32,000 nucleotides of DNA from contig CP113000.1 of the NCBI GenBank assembly GCA_026625185.1, positions 1,185,622-1,217,621 on the forward strand, in the 5' to 3' direction. A program made the translations under genes and the position numbers. Within the stretch, counting starts at the first letter, position 1. Every line of letters starts with the position of its first letter. This DNA comes from Thermodesulfobacteriota bacterium. Lineage in GTDB: Bacteria; Desulfobacterota; WTBG01; JAGOGO01. Shown in pieces: positions 1 through 9,455 of the stretch. Under the pieces are notes generated by a model that searched no databases, was not told where the DNA came from, and saw only the letters and a program-made list of their open reading frames with translations.

Positions 1-121
1 TTATAAAAAGTTAACCAACCTGACCATTATTGCGGAGAGTATTCCTGTGTGATCCCCCGGGAAATTTAAAAGAAATACCCAATTCCTTTTCGCGGAATGA
101 AATAATAGAAGGTTTTAACTA

Positions 122-1447
122 ATGAAAAAAATTTTAACGGTCGCCGGCTCAGACTCTTCTGGGGGGGCTGGAATTCAAGCTGACCTAAAAACAATTACTT
201 TACTGGGGGAGTATGGCCTGAGCGTAGTCACGGCCTTGACCGCCCAAAACACTCAGGGTGTTTTCGGAATCCATCCGGCGCCGTTGGATTTCATTTCCGC
301 TCAGTGGGACGCGCTGGTTTCGGATATCAGCCTGGATGCAGTTAAGACCGGAATGCTCTGGGACGAAAAAGTTATAAAGCTCATTTCCCAAAAAATAAAA
401 AAAAGTAAAATCCCGATCAAAGTATTCGACCCGGTTATGGTCTCAAAATCCGGGGCTATCCTCCTTACCGATGAAGGCCAATCAGCCTTTATTAAGGAGT
501 TGTTTCCTTTGGCTACGATCGTAACCCCCAATATCCCGGAAGCAAAAATTATTTCCCGCCGTGCAATCCGAACCGTCCAGGAAATGGAAAAAGCCGCAAA
601 AAAAATTCTTCAGATGGGTGCGAAAACTGTTGTAATAAAAGGAGGACACCTTCGGGGGCAGGCGGTTGATGTTTTTTTTGACGGCAAGGAGTTTCTCCAT
701 TTCTCTTCTCCCCGGATTAATACGATTCATACTCATGGGACAGGATGCGCTTTTGCCACTGCAGTTGCGGTTGAGCTCACCAGAAATCCGGATATTCGAG
801 TAGCAATTCAAAAGGCTAAAGATTTTATCACAACCTCGATAACGGATTTTATTTCTTTGGGGAAAGGAAGGGGCCCGGTAAATCCCTATGCTTATTTTGC
901 GCGGGAAGGAGAAATGTACCGCGCGATTCAAGCGTTACAGCGAGCAATAAAAAAATTTCAGAGCTATCCGGTCGGCTCGCTTATCCCGGAGGTGCAGTCT
1001 AATTTAGGATATGCGATTTCTTCGGCGAAAACCGCCGAGGATGTTATCGCTTTTCCGGGCCGGATTATTCGCTTTAAAGACCGTGTCCATGTCTTCTCTT
1101 CTCCTGAAGCTGGAGGATCGCGGCATGTGGCCAATATCATTTTAACGGCGATGCATTTTGACTCCGATTACCGGGCAGCAATGAACATTCGTTATTCAAA
1201 GGAGATTATTCAAAAGTGCCGAGAGCAAAACTGGAACATTAAAAAGTTTGATCGCCGGAAAGAACCTGATAGAATAAAATTTAAAGAAGGAGCGAGTTTA
1301 GAGTGGGGAATTGGTTCTATCCTTAAAAAATGTGCTTCTATCCCAGATGTTATTTATGATTTAGGAGATGTGGGTAAGGAGCCGATGATCAGGATTTTTG
1401 GGAAAAACCCTGAGGAGGTTGTAAATAAAGCATTATGTCTTCTTTAA
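122..1447 (+). CDS. thiDN: Hydroxymethylpyrimidine/phosphomethylpyrimidine kinase (ThiD) fused to a ThiN-type thiamine-phosphate synthase domain
   Basis: The N-terminal ~265 aa carry ThiD hallmarks (VAGSDSSGGAGIQADLKT, HTHGTGCAFATA). The C-terminal ~170 aa (LIPEVQSNLGYA..FPGRI..GGSRHVANIILTA) match the ThiN domain as I recall it. The gene overlaps thiC by 13 nt. Confidence 0.85.
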   Translation: MKKILTVAGSDSSGGAGIQADLKTITLLGEYGLSVVTALTAQNTQGVFGIHPAPLDFISAQWDALVSDISLDAVKTGMLWDEKVIKLISQKIKKSKIPIKVFDPVMVSKSGAILLTDEGQSAFIKELFPLATIVTPNIPEAKIISRRAIRTVQEMEKAAKKILQMGAKTVVIKGGHLRGQAVDVFFDGKEFLHFSSPRINTIHTHGTGCAFATAVAVELTRNPDIRVAIQKAKDFITTSITDFISLGKGRGPVNPYAYFAREGEMYRAIQALQRAIKKFQSYPVGSLIPEVQSNLGYAISSAKTAEDVIAFPGRIIRFKDRVHVFSSPEAGGSRHVANIILTAMHFDSDYRAAMNIRYSKEIIQKCREQNWNIKKFDRRKEPDRIKFKEGASLEWGIGSILKKCASIPDVIYDLGDVGKEPMIRIFGKNPEEVVNKALCLL

Positions 1448-2742
1448 CAACATTAAAAAAAGCTCAATCCGGAGAAATTACTCCGGAAATGGAACACGTG
1501 GCAAAAGATGAGGGGATTTCTCCTGAGCTTCTCCGTGACGAAGTTGCTGCGGGGAGGGTGATCATCTGTAAAAACAAACACCGTGCGAATTGTAAACCAA
1601 TAGGGATCGGCAAGCACCTCACGACCAAAGTGAACGCCAATATTGGCTCATCAGAAGCTCATGCCGATCTTAACGTGGAACTGGAAAAACTGCGGGTGGC
1701 GATTAATGCGGGGGCGGATGCGGTTATGGATTTAAGCACCGGCGGGCCAATTAAAGAAATTCGCCAGGCGGTTTTAAAAGAAGCATCAATTCCGATCGGC
1801 ACGGTTCCGATTTATCAAACCGCGATTGACACCATTCGAAAAAAAAAGAAAGGGATCGTGGAGATGTCAGCGGACGATATTTTTTCCACGATCCAGGAAC
1901 AGGCTGAAGAAGGAGTGGACTTTATAACGGTCCATTGTGGCGTAACCAGACAGGCAATGGAGAGGATCAATCGCCAGGGACGTCTTCTGGATGTGGTCAG
2001 TCGCGGGGGATCATTTTTAGCTGCCTGGATGGCCTATAATAATAAAGAAAATCCTTTGTTTGAAGATTACGATCGATTGCTGGAAATCGCTGCGGAGCAT
2101 GAGTTGGTTCTGAGCTTGGGCGATGGCCTTCGTCCCGGGTGTATTTCCGATGCTACTGATCGGGGCCAAATTCAGGAACTGCTTCTTTTAGGCGAGCTTA
2201 CTCAGCGCGCTCATGACTATGGCGTTCAGGTTATGATCGAAGGCCCCGGGCATGTTCCGATTAACCAAATTGAAACCAATATCCTTTTGGAAAAAAGGCT
2301 TTGCCACGAAGCTCCTTTCTATGTCCTGGGACCCGTGGTCACCGATATTGCCCCGGGGTATGATCACATTACTTCCGCTATCGGAGGAGCCTTGGCTGCT
2401 TCAGTGGGTGCGGACTTTCTCTGTTACGTTACGCCTTCCGAGCATCTCCGCCTCCCTACGGTAGAGGATGTTCGCATGGGAGTGATTGTGACCAGGATTG
2501 CCGCTCATGCTGCGGATATTGCTAAGGGGATACCGTCAGCGATTGAGCGGGATAACCGGATGGCACGGTTCCGCAAGGAACTCAATTGGGAAGGGCAGAT
2601 CAATACCTCTATTGATCCGGAAACCGCGCGAAAGCTTTGGGAGGGAAGCCCTTCCAAAAATGGAACCACCTGTACCATGTGCGGGGAATATTGCGCCATA
2701 AAATTAATCAACATTAAGGGAAAGACCCCCTGCATAAAATAA
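1435..2742 (+). CDS. thiC: Phosphomethylpyrimidine synthase ThiC (short, anaerobe/archaeal-length form)
   Basis: Contains KVNANIGSS, DLSTGG, TVPIYQ, HCGV and GPGH, plus the C-terminal Fe-S motif CTMCGEYC. It is translationally coupled to thiDN. Confidence 0.95.
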   Translation: MSSLTTLKKAQSGEITPEMEHVAKDEGISPELLRDEVAAGRVIICKNKHRANCKPIGIGKHLTTKVNANIGSSEAHADLNVELEKLRVAINAGADAVMDLSTGGPIKEIRQAVLKEASIPIGTVPIYQTAIDTIRKKKKGIVEMSADDIFSTIQEQAEEGVDFITVHCGVTRQAMERINRQGRLLDVVSRGGSFLAAWMAYNNKENPLFEDYDRLLEIAAEHELVLSLGDGLRPGCISDATDRGQIQELLLLGELTQRAHDYGVQVMIEGPGHVPINQIETNILLEKRLCHEAPFYVLGPVVTDIAPGYDHITSAIGGALAASVGADFLCYVTPSEHLRLPTVEDVRMGVIVTRIAAHAADIAKGIPSAIERDNRMARFRKELNWEGQINTSIDPETARKLWEGSPSKNGTTCTMCGEYCAIKLINIKGKTPCIK

Positions 2743-3070
2743 ATGATGGGGCAACCGACTCTAAAATCGTCTCATCGTGAAGAGTGCCTTTAAAGATAAT
2801 CCGGGAAATTATATTAAGCACATACTCAGAACGTCCCCTAAGTGCTATCCGACCTCTATCAATAGCAGCAAAGGCCTTTGTCAACATGCTAAGCCAAGCA
2901 ACCCGCTCAGGAGAAGCGAGAAAATCATTTATTCCCCGAAGGAGTTGGGCTGCCTTACTTTGAAGGATAAGGAGTTGTATTTCGATCCCTTTAGTGGCAG
3001 CCGCTTCCTTATCCCACGCTTTTTCGTCCAGAGGCGACATCCTGAGCACGAATTGTTTAAATCGAGGCAT
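2714..3070 (-). CDS. Hypothetical helical protein (118 aa), family not recognised
   Basis: The ORF looks more protein-like than the overlapping + strand ORF. It lies downstream of higA on the same strand, has a weak RBS, and its 3' end overlaps the thiC 3' end by 29 nt. Confidence 0.35.
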   Translation of the reverse strand: MPRFKQFVLRMSPLDEKAWDKEAAATKGIEIQLLILQSKAAQLLRGINDFLASPERVAWLSMLTKAFAAIDRGRIALRGRSEYVLNIISRIIFKGTLHDETILESVAPSFILCRGSFP

Positions 3071-3197
3071 TATTTTTATTTTCCGGTTGTATTGGTGAAA
3101 TCATAATTATTTTTGAAAAATTATCACAGAGGTAACTTTCAGTCAAGGCAACGGAAAAAATAAGGGGTACTCCCAAAACGTATAACCAACCAGCCGG

Positions 3198-3512
3198 TTA
3201 GGCCGTGGCTCTATTTGTGCGAACTGCTTCTGTGTGTAATTTTAAGCCAAGTGCGTTTATCACTTTTAGAATTGTGTCGAATCCAGGCGTCCTTTCTCCC
3301 GAAAGCGCTTTATAAAGACTTTCGCGGGACAAGCCGGCATCTCGCGCTACTTGGGACATGCCCTTGGCACGGGCGATTTCGCCGAGAGCTTTCGCGATAA
3401 AGGCAGCATCGCCATTTGCCTCCTCAAGACAAGCTTCAAGATAGGCAGCCATTTCTTCTGGGGTTCGAAGGTGTTCAGCAACATCATATCGAGTAGTTTT
3501 AGTTTTGGTCAT
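3198..3512 (-). CDS. higA: Addiction-module antidote protein, HigA-type (HTH)
   Basis: TRYDVAEHL..PEEMAAYLEA..EEANGDAAFIAKALGEIARAKGMSQVARDAGLSRESLYKALS is the pattern of the small HigA-family antidote that normally follows a RelE/ParE-like killer gene. Confidence 0.8.
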   Translation of the reverse strand: MTKTKTTRYDVAEHLRTPEEMAAYLEACLEEANGDAAFIAKALGEIARAKGMSQVARDAGLSRESLYKALSGERTPGFDTILKVINALGLKLHTEAVRTNRATA

Positions 3513-4489
3513 GAAATTCTCCTATAGGTTTTTGGCAAGGCGCAAGGCGGTTTTGATATCTTTGGCTTGGGTGCGCTTGTCGCCGCCCGCCAATAAAACA
3601 ACCACCATCTGCCCCGGGTATATTTATCGGTTATCAGTATTTTCTCAACATCTTCATGTATCGGTCCGCCAAGTTTTCCTTCACCAGTTGTTTTATTGGG
3701 TCCTTCAAGTGTCCTCTCCAGCTCAAGTCCCACGTTGGACCTGATCACTGCCACATATCCCGGAAGGACTTCGGCTACATTTTCAATTTTAATATCAAAT
3801 AGATTGGGGTTGATGAAATATATCCCCGGCTGCAGGGTATCCAACTGTGGTCCCCGGTATCCTTTGCTGTCAATAAAAAGCTGACCGTTTTGATAAGACT
3901 TGTGATCTGCTTCAGTGCCGTCATCATTTTTGGCCTTTGGGGCGATTAGATAGCCGGGTGGCAAAGGAATGCCATCCTTAGCAATAGCGATTCCAACAGT
4001 ATTTTCAGCTATTTTTATTGCAGGAGCTTCGGTAATATTGAACAGTTTAGAGTTGACCCGGTAGGTTCCTGGTCGAAGTATTCCAACCTGCGGCCCTTTT
4101 TTCCCATGGTTGGCCAAAAACATCTCTGCATCTTGAAATTGATTACACTCGACTTCATCGCCTAACGCTCTTCCTTTTGGGAGTGGTTCGCCGTCGATAG
4201 ATTCGACAATACCGATACTATCAATATCTACGGTCACAACCGGAACTTTGGTAAACGACCAGATTATAGGCACTCGCCAATAGAGACCCGGCATCAAAGT
4301 TCTCGCCTGAACCCCTATTTCCCCACTACGCGCGATTATTTGTCCCGGGGGCATTTTCTTGCCGAACATGTTTTTAGTAAGGATGCCGACTTGATTTGGC
4401 CCGATCAAACAAAATCCGCGGATAATAATAAACAAAAGAATAAGACCCGCACATAATACAAATAATGTTTCCATCCATTCTGGTATCAT
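3509..4489 (-). pseudogene. SPFH/band-7 (flotillin/YqiK-like) membrane protein, 3'-truncated; the last ~35 codons of the ORF are an out-of-frame read through the toxin remnant
   Basis: It has an N-terminal TM helix, then VGILTK..FGKK, LMPGLYW, CNQFQDAEMFLANHGKKGPQ..ILRPGTYRVN and LQPGIYFINPNLF repeats typical of long SPFH proteins. Homology seems to stop near ..ILITDKYTRG (~3610-3625), whereas family members continue for several hundred residues. The RBS is GGAGG. Confidence 0.6.
3522..3623 (-). pseudogene. 3' remnant (33 codons) of the cognate RelE/HigB-like addiction-module killer gene
   Basis: Translating the minus strand in the frame ending with TAG at 3524-3522 gives IYPGQMVVVLLAGGDKRTQAKDIKTALRLAKNL*. 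This is the typical C-terminus (..LLxGGDKxTQxxDIxxA..LA) of the killer protein. Its stop lies 9 nt before the higA ATG. An in-frame TAA sits immediately upstream (3626-3624), and no N-terminal part is present. Confidence 0.7.
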
Positions 4490-4564
4490 TTTCCCCTCCT
4501 CTTTTTTTAAATCTAATTGTTAGAATTAGTTGTTAGTGATAAAAGGAAAACCAAGTCCGATGTC

Positions 4565-4601
4565 GGGGCCGACTGTTACGCGAGTCCCACAGCGCCCCTA
4601 C
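4565..4601 (-). repeat. REP-like element: GTAGGG followed by an imperfect GC-rich hairpin
   Basis: The minus strand reads GTAGGGGCGCTGT-GGGACTCGCGTA-ACAGTCGGCCCC. The stem ends GGGGC/GCCCC and CTGT/ACAG pair. The architecture matches the three elements at 6815-6978. Confidence 0.5.
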
Positions 4602-4810
4602 ATTTTTTTAATCAGATCATAGACGATCCCGGATTTGGTGAAATAAATGGTGCCTTCTCGGCCTTTGAGGTAATAGAGGATTTGTTCATCCACCTGCCCC
4701 TCATTTTTTATAAAGGCTAAGGGAAGGCTTGCGTAATTTGCCTGAAGTTTTACTTGATCCGGTTGCGAAAAATCGGTTGCCCCCAAACCGCAGATTCCCC
4801 ATAAGCACAT
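4598..4810 (-). pseudogene. N-terminal stub (signal peptide plus LPLAFIKNEGQ.D..ILYY motif) of a large secreted SBBP/beta-propeller-repeat type protein
   Basis: SLPLAFIKNEGQVDEQILYYLKGREGTIYFTKSGIVYDL matches the N-terminal motif of such proteins, which normally exceed 500 aa, yet the ORF stops after 70 aa. The frame stays open 11 codons upstream (IKKSLVILFLF) to an ATA preceded by GGGGGG, which suggests a lost ATG. Confidence 0.5.
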
Positions 4811-4916
4811 GAAAAGAAATAAAATAACAAGTGATTTCTTTATGAGGTGCCCCCCTTATTGAATAAAAAGTTAAAGGGTTTAAAAGTTAAAGAGTTGAGA
4901 GGTTACCCACATGTCC

Positions 4917-5100
4917 CGCATACGAAAACGAGAATTTCAACAAACGAAATTAAAAACAAATTCCAAACCCGAATTTCCCAATGTTAAAAACAGCATCTCG
5001 GGTCTACTTGATCGCTACCGTCATTTTTTTATTTGGTCATTTGAATTTGAGGTTTTTGATTATTGTTTCGTATTTCGGACTTAGAATTTCGAATTTACTC
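4917..5100. repeat. Long imperfect A/T-rich inverted repeat built from CGAAAT/ATTTCG-type words
   Basis: The reverse complement of the left arm (..GAATTTGTTTTTAATT..TTTTCGTATGCGG) aligns with the right arm (GAATTTGAGGTTTTTGATT..TTTCGTATTTCGG) with indels. The centre is near 5000. Direct repeats AAAGTTAAAG occur at 4867 and 4882. Confidence 0.5.
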
Positions 5101-5305
5101 CTTACATTGTCTGAAAATCCGCTCCCCCTGCAAGGAGAAAAGTTTGTAAAAAAATAAGATAGCCCGATTAACCCTATTTTTTAGTTGGGCCCCCTCACCC
5201 CCCCATGATCATGATCAATAAAGAGGGGAAAAGGAAAAGATGAGGGGGTATCGTAAATATTTTACTCGATTAAAAAAATGAAATTTAGAAGAAGGGCGGT
5301 CAGCC

Positions 5306-5358
5306 AAAACAAAAAACACCTTTTTGGCAAGCAAAGCCAAAAAGGTGTTTTTTGTTTT
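5306..5358. repeat. Perfect 23-bp inverted repeat with a 7-nt loop (bidirectional terminator-like hairpin)
   Basis: AAAACAAAAAACACCTTTTTGGC-aagcaaa-GCCAAAAAGGTGTTTTTTGTTTT. It lies in an ~860-bp gene-free region, so no annotated gene obviously needs it. Confidence 0.7.
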
Positions 5359-5681
5359 CTGCTGGGCATAGATTTTCATTTTCCCTTCCTCCAGAACAAA
5401 TAATCATTCACTTATTTTTTATATAGAATTTTTTTTACCGATTAATGTCTTGGGTGTCAAGAATTTTTATGGGTTAATTAAAAAAAATTCTGAAGGACAA
5501 AGCGGTCAGAAAAAAAATAAAAAGAGCGAAGTAACTTTTTGATAATTATACGAAGATTGACTTTGGCCGGAAACAAGTTGGAGATAGGGTAAAAATCCCT
5601 CAAGGGCAGCAAACTTGATTTTTTTTTATTCCCTGTTAGAATTAAACCTAATTTCAGAACTCTATCAAAATGGAGGATACG

Positions 5682-6089
5682 ATGGCAGGAGTAAATAAAG
5701 CAATTTTGCTTGGCCGCTTGGGCGCTGACCCTGAAATTCGGTATACCAGCAACGGAACCGCGGTAGCAAATTTCAGAATCGCCACCAGCGAACGCTGGAA
5801 TAATGCGAATGGAGAAAAAGAGGAACGTACCGAATGGCACCGCATTGTGGCTTTCGGAAAACTCGGGGAAATCTGCGGGGAATATTTAGCTAAGGGCAAG
5901 CAGGTTTATATCGAAGGAAGGATTCAAACCCGCACCTGGGAAGACCGGGATAAAAATCAGAGAACGACCACGGAAATAGTCGCCACGACCATGCAAATGT
6001 TAGGCTCGGCAGGAGGAGGAAAGGCACCTGACAAAGAAGAACCTTCTTTTGCGGAGGAACCCGCAAAAGATGATGATATCCCTTTTTAG
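5682..6089 (+). CDS. ssb: Single-stranded DNA-binding protein
   Basis: [35 protein letters not shown] is present, along with the acidic tail ending DDDIPF. GGAGGA lies 4 nt upstream of the ATG at 5682, so this start is preferred over the ORF-track start at 5670. Confidence 0.95.
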   Translation: MAGVNKAILLGRLGADPEIRYTSNGTAVANFRIATSERWNNANGEKEERTEWHRIVAFGKLGEICGEYLAKGKQVYIEGRIQTRTWEDRDKNQRTTTEIVATTMQMLGSAGGGKAPDKEEPSFAEEPAKDDDIPF

Positions 6090-6203
6090 GAAGACTGCCT
6101 CATCAGCGCTTTAGCTCGTCATTCCGGGCTTGACTGAGCCTGCCCCGTACTTGATACGGGGGAATCCAGAAAACACATTCTCACCACAAAGAAATTTTAA
6201 AAT

Positions 6204-6233
6204 AAAAAAGGTCCTCAGCACGAGGGCCTTTTT
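6204..6233. terminator. Bidirectional rho-independent terminator hairpin (copy 1)
   Basis: AAAAAAGGTCCTC-agcac-GAGGGCCTTTTT, with an A-run on the left and a T-run on the right. It lies between the convergent ssb and the 113-aa gene. Confidence 0.7.
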
Positions 6234-6412
6234 GCTTAAACATGTTAAACGAGCGATAAGAGTATGGCCTCCCGGAATTCGCCCACAATTAAACACAAAT
6301 TAAAGAGTCGTTCTTTTTGACATTAAAACAAGCCCTTTAAGCTTAAAAATACGGCAATTTTATAAACTTCACATTATCAATCACTTGCCTTGGTTCGACC
6401 TAGGTCATGAGG

Positions 6413-6754
6413 TTATATTTTATCATCTTCAATGGGAATATCAACTGTATCTATTATTGTGGAATGGCAATCAACAGCAAACCATTCATCGAATAATTTT
6501 TTATTCCTTTTTTTAGGCCATAGCAATTCGTCCGTATACCAGTCATTCAATTCGTTCTCGAAAAGTGCTTTATAATTTAAAGAGATCCATTTTTCGATGT
6601 TCTCACCATCTTCCTCAGTGATTAGATAAACGTTTCGATCTTCATTGGCATCTTTCAACGTCATCGCCAGATCATGATCATCTGGATCAGCATCATTTAT
6701 CCATCGCACGAATGGTTCTTTATATTTTAGAATAACTGCTGCTCTGTTTATCAT
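6413..6754 (-). CDS. Conserved hypothetical protein (113 aa, acidic)
   Basis: The ORF is clean. The pattern KEPFVRWIN..DP....TL.D......YLI.E.D....E.WI..NY..LFENEL..WYTDE.LWP..R....F.EWF.V..HS...D resembles a small uncharacterised family I recall from cyanobacteria and proteobacteria. Confidence 0.6.
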   Translation of the reverse strand: MINRAAVILKYKEPFVRWINDADPDDHDLAMTLKDANEDRNVYLITEEDGENIEKWISLNYKALFENELNDWYTDELLWPKKRNKKLFDEWFAVDCHSTIIDTVDIPIEDDKI

Positions 6755-6814
6755 CAGTCCGTCACCTAAATTTTTAAAAACATAACTACTGTTTATATTG
6801 TTTCCAGCTTACCT

Positions 6815-6978
6815 GGTGCGCTGGGCGCACCCTACAGGACTAATAATTTTACACACGCCTCCGGAGGGGATTATTTTATTTTTTGCGCGGCGCATCTTGC
6901 AGTCCAATCTTTTTGCCGTAGGGCGCGTTTCCCGAAACACGCCGTTATTAATCGGACTGCTCGGGGAGCAGTCCCTAC
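6815..6978. repeat. Cluster of three REP-like GTAGGG-hairpin elements (6815-6835 minus, 6918-6943 plus, 6954-6978 minus)
   Basis: The three elements read GGTGCGC-tgg-GCGCACC+CTAC, GTAG+GGCGCGTTT-cccg-AAACACGCC (one C.A mismatch), and GGACTGCTC-ggg-GAGCAGTCC+CTAC. The last two are inverted relative to each other and 10 nt apart (REPIN-like). GCAGTCC at 6899-6905 could also pair with 6954-6960. Confidence 0.6.
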
Positions 6979-7265
6979 ACCGGAAAGGTCACAATCAATT
7001 TTAAAAAACACACCCTGGCGCTATTCGCCACCCCTCTCAAAAAGGGATTAATTTTTATGCCGTCCAAAAAAAGCAAAAAGGCCCCTCGCCTTTTCCACCC
7101 GGCGATGCGGCCTTATTCATGCTCATCAAGTTTTAAAAACTCTTCCCATCAAAGACACCTTTTCCCCTTTATACCAATAATCTTTTTTGGGTTGATACAG
7201 TTGATATTTCTTCTTTTTTTAACTTTAACCGGAATAAAAGTCAACAAAAAAAGAATCATGATCAT

Positions 7266-7297
7266 AAAAAAAGGCCCTCATCACGAGGGCCTTTTTT
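7266..7297. terminator. Bidirectional rho-independent terminator hairpin (copy 2), downstream of groEL
   Basis: AAAAAAAGGCCCTC-atcac-GAGGGCCTTTTTT. It is nearly identical to the hairpin at 6204-6233. Confidence 0.75.
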
Positions 7298-7319
7298 ATT
7301 CTCGGGTATGATAATCTTA

Positions 7320-8981
<1,662 letters not shown>

Positions 8982-8997
8982 CTATGGTTCATTAGGT

Positions 8998-9288
8998 TTA
9001 TTTTTCAATGATTCCAAGAATATCATCTTCGCGCATAATTAAATGCTCTTCACCATCCATCTTGATTTCGGAGCCCGAATATTTCCCAAAAAGAACTCGG
9101 TCTCCTACCTTAACCTCCATGGGAATCTTTTTCCCGTCATCAGTAACTTTACCCGGTCCCACGGCAATAATTTGACCCTCTTGGGGTTTTTCCTTGGCGG
9201 TATCCGGAATAATAATACCGCCTTTTGTTTTCTCCTCTTCTTCAACCCGCTTTACGATAACTCGATCTTGTAACGGTCTGATCTTCAT
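8998..9288 (-). CDS. groES: Co-chaperonin GroES (10 kDa)
   Basis: [40 protein letters not shown]; it lies 28 nt upstream of groEL. Confidence 0.97.
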   Translation of the reverse strand: MKIRPLQDRVIVKRVEEEEKTKGGIIIPDTAKEKPQEGQIIAVGPGKVTDDGKKIPMEVKVGDRVLFGKYSGSEIKMDGEEHLIMREDDILGIIEK

Positions 9289-9455
9289 GGCAAAAATACC
9301 TCCTTATAATTTGTTGTTTAGGCTTAAAAAGGAATTGGTTTAATTGGTTTTGAAAGGTGTTTTTTCGAGGTAAGATTAATAAACCCTATTTTTTATTTGT
9401 CAAGCCCTTACCCAAAAAAATTTTTATAACTTCATGATTTTTTTTAGAAAACACA

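Noticed and set aside
1-60. Possible 3' half of a TPP riboswitch (AACCTGACCATTATTGCGGAGAG vs consensus ACCUGAUCUGGAUAAUGCCAGCGUAGGGA) upstream of thiDN
   Set aside because: Only ACCTGA and a loose GCGGAGAG match. The P5 helix cannot be formed, and the CUGAGA half would lie outside the window. This is not supportable without the upstream sequence and a covariance-model scan.
7057-7311. 84-aa + strand ORF between the REP cluster and groEL; also 6798-7004, 6111-6296 and 17045-17374
   Set aside because: These are translations of hairpin/repeat or terminator DNA or antisense to a better gene. They have biased composition and no RBS.
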